64,000 nucleotides of DNA, taken from assembly GCA_005880985.1 (NCBI GenBank), contig VBIQ01000008.1, positions 64,003 to 128,002 on the forward strand, in the 5' to 3' direction. The notes under the pieces are model-generated. The model was not told the DNA's origin. It saw only the letters and a program-made list of their open reading frames with translations, and did no database searches. A program made the translations under genes and the position numbers. The stretch is from Chloroflexota bacterium. GTDB taxonomy: Bacteria; Chloroflexota; Dormibacteria; Aeolococcales; Aeolococcaceae. Below are positions 36,924 to 46,909 of this stretch, piece after piece (positions within the stretch are counted from its first letter, which is position 1; the number at the start of each line of letters is the position of its first letter).

Positions 36924-39900
36924 CTCTCGGAGCGCCGCCCTGAGGAGCGGCCGGCCCGGCCCGGTGGCCTGGCTGCGGCACGCTGTCGGTAGCCGGCGAC
37001 CAGCTCGAGCAGCGCCGCTCCCCGCGGGCGCCGTCCCGGCCGGATGTCACAGGTCGCCGCCTTGCACTCCTGGATGTGGACGTTGGGGTCGAGCGCCAGC
37101 GGGAGAAGATCGTTGCCCGCATCCCCGGTGCTCAGCCCGCAGACGCCCCAGTGATAGGGCACGCCGACGGTGTGCACCTCGCGCCCCTGGACGCGCACGC
37201 TGGGGATGCGCTCGGTCACCAGCACCCGTGCCTCGATCGCGGTGCGAGTGGTGATGATCGTCGCCCAGCCGCCGTGCTCCAGGGCGCGCTCGGCGGCCAG
37301 TTGCGGGCTCACCTCGCAGAAGAGCTCGGGCTGCAGCTCGGCCAGGTACTCGACCGAACGGCTCATGCCCCCTGCGGTGTGATGCTCGGTGAGGCGGTAG
37401 GTGGTGAGCAGATAGGGGAAGAGACCGTCGTCGTCGAAGGCGTCCGGGGCGTTGTTGTAGGCGTTGAGCGGGTGCCGGAACTGCTGGCGCACGGGATTGC
37501 TCTGCTGGCGGTACAGCGGGTTGCGGAAGACCGACTCCTGCGGCTCGTAGTGGGTGGGGAACGGTCCGTCGCGCAGGCCCTCGGGGACGTACAGCCAGGC
37601 CTTGCCATCTGCCTGCATGATGAACGGCTCGGTGCCGCGCAACGCCTCCTCCGCGGCCGCCTGCTTGCCGGGCTCGTGGTCGGGCGGCATCGTGCGCTTG
37701 AAGTCGGGGGTGTCGATCCCGGTCCACTGGCGCCTGGCGCGGTCCCACCAGACGTAGCGTTTGCGCTCCGACCACGGCTCGCCGCGAGGATCCGCCGAGG
37801 CGCGGTTATAGAGGATGCGCCGGTTGTCGGGCCAGGCCCATCCCCACTCGGCGCCGACGTAGCTCTGCTCGCGGTGCGGCGTGCGGCGCGCCGTCTGGTT
37901 GACACCGTCCCGGTAGCAACCGCTGTAGATCCAGCACCCGCACGCGGTGCTGCCGTCCGCCTTCAGCTCGGTGAACGACGAGAGCTGCTTGCCGTCCGGG
38001 CCCCAACCGCTGATCTCCCGCAACACCGCGTCCGCGCTGGGCTCGGCACGCCTGCCCTCGACCGGATAGTCCCAGGTGAGCTCGAGGACGGGGCGGTTCT
38101 TGGGATCGTCCGGAGCGCGGTCACGCAGCTTCATGCGGATGATCCGGCCGAGGTGGAAATAGAACCACAGGTCGCTGCGACAGTCGCCCCGGGGTTGCAC
38201 CGCGGTGTGGTGCCACTGCAGCAGTCGCTGGGTGTTGGTGAACGAGCCGTCCTTCTCGGTGTGCGACGCCGCCGGCAGGAAGAACACCTCGGTGGGAATG
38301 TCGTCGGTGCGCAGCTCGCCGGTCTCGATCTCCGACGATCGGTACCAGAAGGCGGCGCTCTCGATCTCGACCAGGTCGCGCACCACCAGCCAGTCGAGCC
38401 TGGCCATCGCCATCCGGTTGAGCTTGCCGTTGGCCGAGCCCACCGCCGGGTTCTCCCCGGGCAGGAAGTAGCCCCTGACCCCGCCCTCCAGCATTCCCAT
38501 GGTGAAGACATAGGCGGAGTGGTCGCCGTCGATCCGAGGCAGGTGGCCGAAGGCCCAGTCGTTGTCAGCGGTCGCGTGCTCACCCCACCACGCCTTCATC
38601 AAACTGATGAAGTACTCCTCCATGTGGCCCCAGAAGCCGGTCGGTGCCGAGTTCTTGCGCACGTAGTCCTGATGGCCGAGATACCGCTCGCTGTGCGGCA
38701 TGGGGAGATATCCCGGCAGCAGGTTGTAGAGGGTGGGGATGTCGGTCGAGCCCTGGATGCTGGCGTGGCCGCGCAGCGCCAGGATGCCGCCGCCGGGCCG
38801 GCCGATGTTGCCCAGCAGCTGCTGGACGATCGCCGCGGTGCGGATGTACTGCACCCCGACGGTGTGCTGGGTCCAGCCGACCGCGTAGCAGAAGGCGGAA
38901 GTGCGCTCCCGTCCGCTGTTGGCGCAGAGCGCCTCGGCCACCCGCAGGAAGAGCTGCCGGGGGATGCCGCATGTCTCCTCGACGAGCTCGGGCGTGTAGC
39001 GCCGGTAATGCTTCTTGAGCAGCTGGAAGACACAGCGCGGATGCTGCAGGCTGCGGTCCTGGGGCGGCTCACCGTGCTCGATCGGACGGCCGGCGCCGCC
39101 GGTCTGCTCGCCGTGCGGCACGCCGGGTGGCGCCTCCATCCCGTCGTACAGCCACGACCGCACGTCGTACGCGGCCTTCTTCGCATCGAAGCCGGAGAAG
39201 ACGCCGTCGAGGTCCTCGGTGTCGCGGAAGTCCGCCTTGATGATCGTCGCCGCATTGGTGTACTCGACCACGTAGTCGCGGAAGTACCGCTCGTTCTCGA
39301 GGATGTGGTTGACGATGCCGCCGAGGAAGGCAATGTCCGAGCCGGGGCGGATGGGAACGAAGATGTCGGCGAGGGCGCTGGTGCGAGTGAATCGAGGATC
39401 GACATGGATGATGGTCGCGCCCCGTTCCTTGGCCTCCATCACCCACTGGAATCCGACCGGATGGCACTCCGCCATGTTGGATCCCTGGATGACGATGCAG
39501 TCAGCGTTCTGCAGGTCCTGCTGGAAGGTGGTGGCGCCTCCCCGACCGAAGCTCGTCCCCAGACCGGGGACCGTGGAGCTGTGTCATATCCGCGCCTGGT
39601 TCTCGACCTGGACCACGCCGAGGGCCGTCATCAGCTTCTTGATGAGGTAGTTCTCCTCGTTGTCCAGAGTCGCGCCGCCCAGCGAGGCGATGCCGAGGGT
39701 CCGGTTGCGGGGTCGCTCCTCGTCCCCGTCTCCCTCGGTGCTCTGCCAGGTGGCGTCGCGAGTGGTGATGACCCGCTCGGCGATCATGTCCATCGCCGCA
39801 TCCAGCGACAGTTCCTCCCACTCGGTGCCGAAAGGTCGCCGGTACTTGACCCGGTACTCGCGGCGCGGCGCGGTGACCAGGTTCTTGGTCGCCGCACCCT

Positions 39901-40162
39901 TGGGACATAGCCGGCCGCGCGAGATCGGGCTGTCGGGGTCACCCTCGATCTGGACGATGCGCTCGTCCTTGACGAAGACGCGCTGCCCGCAGCCGACCGC
40001 GCAGTAGGGACAGATGGAGCCGACCACCCGGTCGGCGGTGGCGGTGCGCGGTCGCAGGCGTTCGGTCGCCGGCGAGCGGACCGAGTCGCCACGGCCGAGG
40101 AGGTCACCGCGGGTGAGTTGTCGCACCAGCGGCCAGCGGGCGAGCATGCCCCCGAGACCCAT
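36920..40162 (-). CDS. Selenocysteine-containing formate dehydrogenase alpha subunit (about 1080 aa, Sec at UGA 39584-39586)
   Basis: ORFs 39584..40201 and 36920..39475 are in frame; read-through gives NQARI-U-HSSTVPGLGTSFGRGGAT, the FdnG active-site motif. CPYCAVGC...LCPKG Fe-S motif, RGHASIQG, TYRLTEHH. Confidence 0.93.
39550..39580 (-). promoter_or_regulatory. Bacterial SECIS element
   Basis: Just 3' of the UGA: AGCTC-CACG-GTCCCC-GGTCT-GGGGAC-GAGCT. The apical GGTCT resembles the E. coli fdhF SECIS loop. Confidence 0.85.
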
Positions 40163-40253
40163 CGGGGGCTGACGGTAGGGGAGTGGACCGCTCGGCGGCA
40201 AGACGGCCGATCGCTACCCGTGTCGAAGCGAAGGTACTTTGGTCGCGCCGACC

Positions 40254-40448
40254 CTACGCGGCGGTGGCGATGACCTGGCCGCCCCGCCCCGTCACCCTCA
40301 GCGTGCAGCGTTCGACGTCCAGCGGTCCTGCCAGGGTGTCGCCGCAGCCGAGGCAGCGACCACGCAGCCCGCCGGCCGCCTCCTCCAGGGCTCGATGACG
40401 TCCGCCGCATCGCCGGCACTCTGCTAGGCGCAGTACGAAGGTATCCAT
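40254..40448 (-). CDS. Small CxxC...CxxC metal-ribbon protein (64 aa)
   Basis: ECRRCGG...RCLGCG; fills the gap between dedA and the FDH gene on the same strand. Confidence 0.55.
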   Translation of the reverse strand: MDTFVLRLAECRRCGGRHRALEEAAGGLRGRCLGCGDTLAGPLDVERCTLRVTGRGGQVIATAA

Positions 40449-40556
40449 GTTCAGCACCGTGACATGACGACGCCGCCGTCACCAGGGGCGCGGTGCACGA
40501 GATTTGCTCCGCCCGAACTGTGCGCGGCGACGGTTCTCGCCGGCACGACGAGCCGC

Positions 40557-41243
40557 CTATTCGCCCATCGACCGTGCCGTTCGGACACCGCGAACTACGG
40601 CGAAGCCCAACACCAGGACCACCAGGGCTCCGGTGAACCAGAGCCCGTAATGGGAGATGTTGTCCGCAATGCTGGTGGCGCGGCTTCCCAACGCCCAACC
40701 CAGGCACACGAGCAGCCCGATCCAGGACAGGGTTCCCAGCGCGTCGGCCGCGGCGAAGAGCGGGATCGGCATTCGCGCCTCTCCGGCGGCGATGTAGAGG
40801 AGGAGGTTGGGCACCGGGAGGAAGTACCCGAAGGCTATGGTCCAGGCGCCCCAGCGGGCGAAGAATCTCTCCCCGCGGGCCACCAGCCGTTGCGAGCGTG
40901 GGCTCTGACGCGCGTAGTGCTCCAGGATGCGGCGTCCGTAGCGCCGGCCGGCCCAGTAATAGAAGGGGTCGACGGCCACCATGATCGGAATGGGGGTGAT
41001 CATCGCCAGCCAGATCGGCCCCTTGGCGCCCGAGGCGATCAACGCCGAGATGCTGCCGCGGAGCGCCGATAGGAGGAACGGGTGGGGTCCGATCAGCCAC
41101 GGCCCCAGCGGAATCGAGGCCCACGCGTAGATCGCCATCACGAATGGCGGCCCGAGGCAGGCGACGTCGGTGCGGGTGATGGTCAAGCCGCCCGGCTGCG
41201 GCGGTGCCGGCTCGGACGACGGGGCGCGCGCGGCCTCCTCCAC
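40557..41243 (-). CDS. DedA/VTT-domain membrane protein
   Basis: DPFYYWAGRRYG, ERFFARWG, AAGEARMP..LF, LGWALG. Confidence 0.85.
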   Translation of the reverse strand: MEEAARAPSSEPAPPQPGGLTITRTDVACLGPPFVMAIYAWASIPLGPWLIGPHPFLLSALRGSISALIASGAKGPIWLAMITPIPIMVAVDPFYYWAGRRYGRRILEHYARQSPRSQRLVARGERFFARWGAWTIAFGYFLPVPNLLLYIAAGEARMPIPLFAAADALGTLSWIGLLVCLGWALGSRATSIADNISHYGLWFTGALVVLVLGFAVVRGVRTARSMGE

Positions 41244-41290
41244 CAGGTGATTCTCCGTGTTGACCGCCGGTGAGAGGCTGGGCGCGACGG

Positions 41291-41596
41291 CTACCAGCGC
41301 CGTCCGGACCAGAAGCGCCGCCGTCGCACTCCGCCCAGGCCGCGGCCGCCGCTCAGCACGCGGAGGAGCGCCAGCAGCAGGACCGCGCCGACGAAGGCGA
41401 CCACCACGCTCCAGAGCCCGCGGTAGTCGACGCTGGGATCGACGGCCCGGAAGACGGCGCCGCCCACGATGGCTCCGGCGAGGCCGACCACCAGGTCGCC
41501 GAGCAGGCCGAAGCCTCCGCCCTCGACCACGCGGCCCGCCAGCCAGCCGGCCACGATGCCGATGACGATCCAGGCGATGAGGCTGTGGGTGGGCAT
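41291..41596 (-). CDS. GlsB/YeaQ/YmgE (transglycosylase-associated) membrane protein
   Basis: IAWIVIGIVAGWLAG...GLLGDLVVGLAGAIVGG; embedded at the end of track ORF 41291..43339. Confidence 0.9.
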   Translation of the reverse strand: MPTHSLIAWIVIGIVAGWLAGRVVEGGGFGLLGDLVVGLAGAIVGGAVFRAVDPSVDYRGLWSVVVAFVGAVLLLALLRVLSGGRGLGGVRRRRFWSGRRW

Positions 41597-41653
41597 TGGC
41601 AGGACGTGTATAGCATCAGGGTCGTCGGCGGCGACGGTGGTGAGGTGGATGTG

Positions 41654-43072
41654 ATGGCGATCCAGGCGGCGCGGATGAAATCGGTCGATCCGGCCACCGG
41701 AGAGACCATCGCGGAGTTCGACGTCATGGGGGAGGCCGACGTCGACCGCGCCCTGGCTCAGGCGCACGCGATCTTCCCCGGGTGGCGGGACGCCGGCTTC
41801 GCCGAGCGGGCGCGGCTGATGCGCGCCGCCGCGGAGCGCCTGCGCGGTGACCGGGAGAGGCTCGCCCGGATCATCACCGCCGAGATGGGCAAGGTGATCG
41901 CCGAGGCCGAGGCCGAGGTGGAGAAGTGCGCCTTCGCCTGCGACTACTACGCGGAGAACGCCGCCCGCTTCCTCGCCGACGAGCCCTTCCCCAGCGATGT
42001 GCCCGGCAGTTTCGTCGCCTTCGAGCCCCTCGGCGCCGTGCTGGCGGTGATGCCGTGGAACTTCCCCCTCTGGCAGGTGTTCCGTTTTGCCGCCCCCAAT
42101 CTGATGGCGGGCAACACCGCGGTGCTGAAGCACGCCGCCAACGTCAGCCGCTGCGCTCTGGAGATCGAGGACGTCTTCCGCCACGCCGGATTTCCCGAGG
42201 GCGCGTTTCGCACCCTGCTCCTCCCCGGGGACCGGGTCGGCTCGGTGATCGCCGATCCGCGGGTGCGGGCCGTCACCCTGACCGGGAGCGACACCACCGG
42301 CAGCAAGGTGGCGGCCGTGGCCGGCGAGCATCTCAAGAAGACGGTGCTCGAGCTGGGCGGATCCGACGCCTTCATCGTGCTCGCCGATGCCGACCTCGAC
42401 GCGGCGGCCACCACCGCGGTGCGGTCGCGATTCCAGAACGCCGGCCAGAGCTGCATCGCCGCCAAGCGCTTCATCGTGGTCGAGGCGGTGGCCGCGGAGT
42501 TCGAGTCGAAGATGGCAGCAACAGCGGCACGGCTGAAGGTGGGCGATCCCCGCGAGCCGGGGGTCGACATGGGACCGCTGGCCCGCGAGGACCTGCGCCA
42601 GACGCTGGAGAGGCAGCTCGAGCAGTCGCTGCAGGCGGGGGCGCGGCTGCTCACCGGTGGCGGGCGGGCGGGGCAGCGGGGCTGGTTCTTCGAGCCCACC
42701 GTGATCACCGATTGCACGCTGGAGATGCCCGCCGTCGCCGAGGAGACCTTCGGTCCCCTGGCGGCGGTGATCCGCGTCTCCGGCGAGGAAGAGGCGGTGG
42801 ATGTCGCCAACCGGTCCCAGTACGGCCTCGGTGGCAACCTCTGGACCGCCGACGTCGAGCGGGGTGTCGCCCTGGCGCGACAGCTCGAGACCGGTGGGGT
42901 CTTCATCAACGGGATGACCCACTCCGACCCGCGTCTGCCGTTCGGCGGCGTCAAGCGCAGCGGCTACGGGCGGGAACTGTCCAGCTTCGGCATCCGCGAG
43001 TTCGTCAACGTGCAGACCATCTGGATTCCCGGCGAGCAGGACGGCCGGCGCCCGTCCGTCGCCGTCGAGTAG
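41654..43072 (+). CDS. NAD(P)-dependent succinate-semialdehyde dehydrogenase (Sad/GabD1-like)
   Basis: SVDPATGE, VMPWNFPLWQ, LELGGSDAF, NAGQSCIAAKR, EETFGP, FGGVKRSGYGREL. Confidence 0.92.
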   Translation: MAIQAARMKSVDPATGETIAEFDVMGEADVDRALAQAHAIFPGWRDAGFAERARLMRAAAERLRGDRERLARIITAEMGKVIAEAEAEVEKCAFACDYYAENAARFLADEPFPSDVPGSFVAFEPLGAVLAVMPWNFPLWQVFRFAAPNLMAGNTAVLKHAANVSRCALEIEDVFRHAGFPEGAFRTLLLPGDRVGSVIADPRVRAVTLTGSDTTGSKVAAVAGEHLKKTVLELGGSDAFIVLADADLDAAATTAVRSRFQNAGQSCIAAKRFIVVEAVAAEFESKMAATAARLKVGDPREPGVDMGPLAREDLRQTLERQLEQSLQAGARLLTGGGRAGQRGWFFEPTVITDCTLEMPAVAEETFGPLAAVIRVSGEEEAVDVANRSQYGLGGNLWTADVERGVALARQLETGGVFINGMTHSDPRLPFGGVKRSGYGRELSSFGIREFVNVQTIWIPGEQDGRRPSVAVE

Positions 43073-43075
43073 ACG

Positions 43076-43516
43076 GTGGGGGAGATCGCCGAGGGGTCGG
43101 GAGTGGTGGTGGTGAGGCCGTGCCGCCGGGACGAGGTCGCGACCATCCTCGAACTCTGGCGCAACGCCGGCGCTCCCCCGAGCGTCACCGACGACTCCGC
43201 CGGCCTCAACCGTCTGCTCGACCGCGATCCCCAATGCCTGCTCGTCGCCGAGGTCGACGGCGAGGTCGGCGGGACGGTGATCGCCGGCTTCGACGGCTGG
43301 CGCGGCCACATGTACCGGCTCGCCGTGCTGCCGGCCCATCGGCGACGCGGAATCGCCCGCCGTCTGGTCGTCGAGGCCGAGCGGCGGTTGCAGCGCGTTG
43401 GTGCGGTGCGCGTCGGCGCGGTGGTCATCACCGCCAACCCGGAGGCGGTCGGCTTCTGGTCGGCGGCCGGCTACCGGCTCGACGGGACGATGCGGCGCTT
43501 CATCAAGGACTTCTGA
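43076..43516 (+). CDS. GNAT acetyltransferase (YpeA-like)
   Basis: GFDGWRG.MYRLAV..HRRRGIA, N.EAVGFW...GY. Confidence 0.88.
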   Translation: MGEIAEGSGVVVVRPCRRDEVATILELWRNAGAPPSVTDDSAGLNRLLDRDPQCLLVAEVDGEVGGTVIAGFDGWRGHMYRLAVLPAHRRRGIARRLVVEAERRLQRVGAVRVGAVVITANPEAVGFWSAAGYRLDGTMRRFIKDF

Positions 43517-43546
43517 GCGAGGCGAGGTCGTGCGCCACGCGCGGCG

Positions 43547-44458
43547 TCAGAGCCGTAGCGCGAGCTGTCGCGGCGCCGCCGGCGGCTCGCGCCGGGGCGC
43601 GGGCTGCTCACTGAAGCCCCAGCGTGCACGCAGCGATGCCATTGCCTCCAGGGCCGGCGCCGCCACCGCGGACGGAACGCTCGTCCTGCCGGCAAAGATC
43701 TGCTGGTAGCGCGGCACCAGTTCTGGCCAGTCGCGGGACAGCGCCTCGATGAAGTGCTCGCGCGTTCCCGGCTGCAGGCGCACCATGCTCGGCCAGACGA
43801 AGCTGGCTCCCGATCGGCGGGCGGCGGCGAGCACGGCGGCCAGGCTGTCGGCGCCGTCGCTGAGTCCTGGGAGGATGGGCGCCACCGCGACACCGGCGTT
43901 GACTCCGGCGGCGCGCAGCCGCTCCAGAGCCCGCAGCCGCGCCCGCGGAGGTGCGGTGCCGGGCTCGGTGGTGCGCCACACGGCGTCGTCAAGAGTCGGA
44001 ACGCTGAAGATGACGGTGGCCCCGGCGTGCGCCGTCATCGTCGCCAGCACGTCGATGTCGCGCACCGCCATCGGTCCCCGGGTGATCAGCGCCGCCGGGG
44101 TGCGGAAGTCGTCGAGCGCCACGAGGCAGGCGCGCGTCAGGCGGTAGCTGCCCTCCGCGGGTTGGTAGGGATCGGTCGCGGTGCCGATGTGCACCGACTG
44201 CCGCTGCCATGACCGTCGCGACAGCTCCCAGCGCAGCCGTTCGGCGATGTTGACCTTGACCCGCACGGTTCGCCCGTAGCGTTCGTCGGAGGCCCGGTCG
44301 GCGCGGCGTTCGAAGGAGCGCACGTAGCAGAAGGTGCAGCGATGGGCGCAGCCGACGTACGGGTTGAGCGACCACTCGAACCCCATGCCGACCACGTGGT
44401 GGAGGGCGGCGCGGCACGGCTGCTCGAGGTAGGCGGTGGGCAGCCGGCGAGCGTTCAC
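43547..44458 (-). CDS. Radical SAM protein, spore-photoproduct-lyase-like (Rv2578c type)
   Basis: LNPYVGCAHRCTFCY, GTATDPYQPAE, EPGT, APILPGL. Start GTG 44458 preferred because ATG 44470 overlaps the -10 box. Confidence 0.9.
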   Translation of the reverse strand: MNARRLPTAYLEQPCRAALHHVVGMGFEWSLNPYVGCAHRCTFCYVRSFERRADRASDERYGRTVRVKVNIAERLRWELSRRSWQRQSVHIGTATDPYQPAEGSYRLTRACLVALDDFRTPAALITRGPMAVRDIDVLATMTAHAGATVIFSVPTLDDAVWRTTEPGTAPPRARLRALERLRAAGVNAGVAVAPILPGLSDGADSLAAVLAAARRSGASFVWPSMVRLQPGTREHFIEALSRDWPELVPRYQQIFAGRTSVPSAVAAPALEAMASLRARWGFSEQPAPRREPPAAPRQLALRL

Positions 44459-44468
44459 GGGACCGCCC

Positions 44469-44487
44469 ATTGTAGAACATATGTTCG
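44469..44487 (-). promoter_or_regulatory. LexA/SOS box (GAAC-N4-GTTC) abutting a TACAAT -10 element
   Basis: Minus strand CGAACATATGTTC-TACAAT; perfect palindrome GAACATATGTTC at 44475-44486. Confidence 0.85.
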
Positions 44488-44545
44488 CGCCAGGTCGGGG
44501 CCCCGCTCCCGTCCCGCCTGGCCCCGTCCGAGCCGGCCGCGTCGC

Positions 44546-45562
44546 TCAGTTGGCGGTGGCGTAGACCCAGTCGGCGATCCGCCGCCGGTGCCAGTCGGCG
44601 TCGCCGTAGGCGATCTCGAGCGCCTTGCCCCGCTTCAGCCAGAGGTGGAGGTCGTGCTCCCAGGTGAAGCCGATGCCGCCGTGGAGCTGGAGGGCCTCGT
44701 AGTTGGCCCGGCGCTCGGCGTCGCTGGCGTAGGCCTTGGCCACCGACACCGCGATCGGGGCGTCGGGCAGCTCGTTGGCGAGGGCGTAGGCCGCGTAGTA
44801 CACCGCGCTGCGGGCCGACTCCACCAGCAGCAGGGTCTCCGCCAGCTTGTGCTGCACCGCCTGGAAGGCGCCGATGCGGCGGCCGAACTGCTCGCGCTGC
44901 TGCACGTAGGCGACCGTCTGGTCGAGGAGCGCCGCGGCGACGCCGACCAGGACGGTCGCGGTGGCGGCGGCGGCGTGGTCGAAGGCCCAGTGGGCCGGTT
45001 CGCGGCCGCCCGCCAGGCGGGTGTCGTCACCGGTCTCCGCCGCGGTCACCTCGAAGAGCCGGCGGGTGCCGTCCCAGCTGCGCAGCGGGGTCAGGGTCAG
45101 CCGGTCCTGGGTGAGCGCGTGCAGCTCGCCGTCACGCTCGAGAACGACCAGGTCGGCGGTGGCGTCGGCGACGAACGGGGAGGAGGCCAGTCCGATGCTG
45201 GCGGTCGCCTCACCGGACGAGAGCCGTGGCAACCACTCGCGTCGCTGCGCCTCGCTGCCGGCGTGCGCCAGCAGCGGCGCCGCCACCGCGGTGTGCTCGA
45301 GCAGCGGCTCCGGCAGCAGGCTGCGTCCCGCCTCCTCGAGCAGCAGCACCAGGTCGACCTCGTTCATCCCCGAGCCGCCGTACTCCTCGGGGACGGTGAG
45401 GCCGACGACTCCCAGCTCGGCGAGCTTGCGCCAGCGTTCCGGTGAGCGACCGCCGGGATCGTCGTAGAGCGCGCGGATGTGCTTGGGGGTGCATTCCCGC
45501 CGCAACAGGTCGCGCACCGTGTCGCGGAGCAGGTACTGCTCCTCCGAGAAGTCGAAGTCCAC
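44546..45562 (-). CDS. Acyl-CoA dehydrogenase, short partner (beta) subunit
   Basis: MDFDFSEEQ, REQFGRRIGAFQAVQH, LQLHGGIGFTWEHDLHLW; 338 aa. Confidence 0.92.
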   Translation of the reverse strand: MDFDFSEEQYLLRDTVRDLLRRECTPKHIRALYDDPGGRSPERWRKLAELGVVGLTVPEEYGGSGMNEVDLVLLLEEAGRSLLPEPLLEHTAVAAPLLAHAGSEAQRREWLPRLSSGEATASIGLASSPFVADATADLVVLERDGELHALTQDRLTLTPLRSWDGTRRLFEVTAAETGDDTRLAGGREPAHWAFDHAAAATATVLVGVAAALLDQTVAYVQQREQFGRRIGAFQAVQHKLAETLLLVESARSAVYYAAYALANELPDAPIAVSVAKAYASDAERRANYEALQLHGGIGFTWEHDLHLWLKRGKALEIAYGDADWHRRRIADWVYATAN

Positions 45563-45576
45563 GGCTCAGCAGCCCG

Positions 45577-46764
45577 TTATTCGCGGGGGAGGCCGAGCAC
45601 GCGCTGGGCGATCACGTTCTTCTGCACCTCGCTGGTGCCGGCGAAGATCATGCTGGCGCGGGCGTAGAGGTACTCGCTGTACCAGTCGCCGTTGCGTTCG
45701 GCGCCGGGTGATCCCTTGGCCAGCTCGGCCCGCGGACCGAGCACGTCCATGGCGAGCTCCTCGAGGCGTGCCTCCATCTCCGACCAGTACAGCTTGGTCA
45801 GCGACGCCTCGGGGCCGAGGGTGCCTCCCTTGGCCAGGCGGGTGAGCGTCCGCTGCGAGCTCAGTTCGAAGATGCGGGTCTCGATATACGCCTGCGCCAC
45901 CCGGCGGCGGATGTCGGGGTCGTCGGCGGCGACGCCGCCGTCGCGGGGCGAGCGGCGGGTCAGGTCGACGACCTCGTCGAGGATGCGGTTGAAGACGGCC
46001 GGGCTGCCGAGACCGGTGCCGCGCTCGAACCCGAGGGTGGTCATCGCCACCCTCCAGCCCTCGTCGACGGCTCCCACCACGTTGCTTGCCGGGGTCCGAG
46101 CCTCGGTGAAGAAGATCTCGGCGAAGCGGGCGTCACCGTTGATCTGCACCAACGGGCGCACCTCCACCCCGGGGGCGTGCATGTCACAGAGGATGAAGCT
46201 GATGCCCTTGTGCTTGGGGGCATCGGGATTGGTCCGGCAGAGCACGAAGATCCAGTCGCCGAAGACCCCCAGGGAGGTCCAGATCTTCTGGCCGGTGATG
46301 ACGAAATCATCACCGTCACGGACGGCGCGGGTGCGCAGCGAGGCCAGGTCGCTGCCGGCGTTGGGTTCGGAGAACCCCTGGCACCAGATCTCGTCGCAGC
46401 GCGCGATCTTGGAGAGGTGAGCCTCCCGCTGCTCCGCGGTGCCGTGCAGCATCAGCGTCGGTGCCAGCAGGTTCAGTCCCAGCCGGTTGATGCGGTCTGG
46501 GCCCTTGGCTCGCACGTACTCGTCGGTGAAAAGCGCCTGCTGCACCAGGCTGGCGCCGCGGCCGCCGTACTCCTTGGGCCAGGTCACCGCCCCCCAGCCG
46601 GCATCGAAGAGGATGCGTTCCCACTCCCGGTAGCGCTCGAAGCGCTCCCCCCCGTCCTCCCAGTTGACCGCGCGCACGTGCTCGATCTGGTCGCGGTTCT
46701 CCGCCAACCAGCCACGCACCTCGTCGCGGAAGGCGGCATCCTCGGGGCTGAGCTCGAAGTCCAC
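45577..46764 (-). CDS. Acyl-CoA dehydrogenase, catalytic (alpha) subunit
   Basis: WCQGFSEPNAGSDLASL, GQKIWTS, HKGIS, TTLGFERG, IFAGTSEVQKNVI. Confidence 0.94.
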   Translation of the reverse strand: MDFELSPEDAAFRDEVRGWLAENRDQIEHVRAVNWEDGGERFERYREWERILFDAGWGAVTWPKEYGGRGASLVQQALFTDEYVRAKGPDRINRLGLNLLAPTLMLHGTAEQREAHLSKIARCDEIWCQGFSEPNAGSDLASLRTRAVRDGDDFVITGQKIWTSLGVFGDWIFVLCRTNPDAPKHKGISFILCDMHAPGVEVRPLVQINGDARFAEIFFTEARTPASNVVGAVDEGWRVAMTTLGFERGTGLGSPAVFNRILDEVVDLTRRSPRDGGVAADDPDIRRRVAQAYIETRIFELSSQRTLTRLAKGGTLGPEASLTKLYWSEMEARLEELAMDVLGPRAELAKGSPGAERNGDWYSEYLYARASMIFAGTSEVQKNVIAQRVLGLPRE

Positions 46765-46909
46765 CGGTCTGTCCTCCTGACCTCCCCTCCGGTCCCCACG
46801 GCAGCGCCGCCGAGTGCGGCCGATGATGGCACGACCGCGGTCACGCACGGAGCGGCACCCGACCCGATCGACGTCGAATCCTGGGGCGGCTCAGCGGTAC
46901 GCTGCCGCC

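Noticed and set aside
36920..40201. Formate dehydrogenase pseudogene or split gene
   Set aside because: The stop is an in-frame UGA at the catalytic position followed by a SECIS hairpin.
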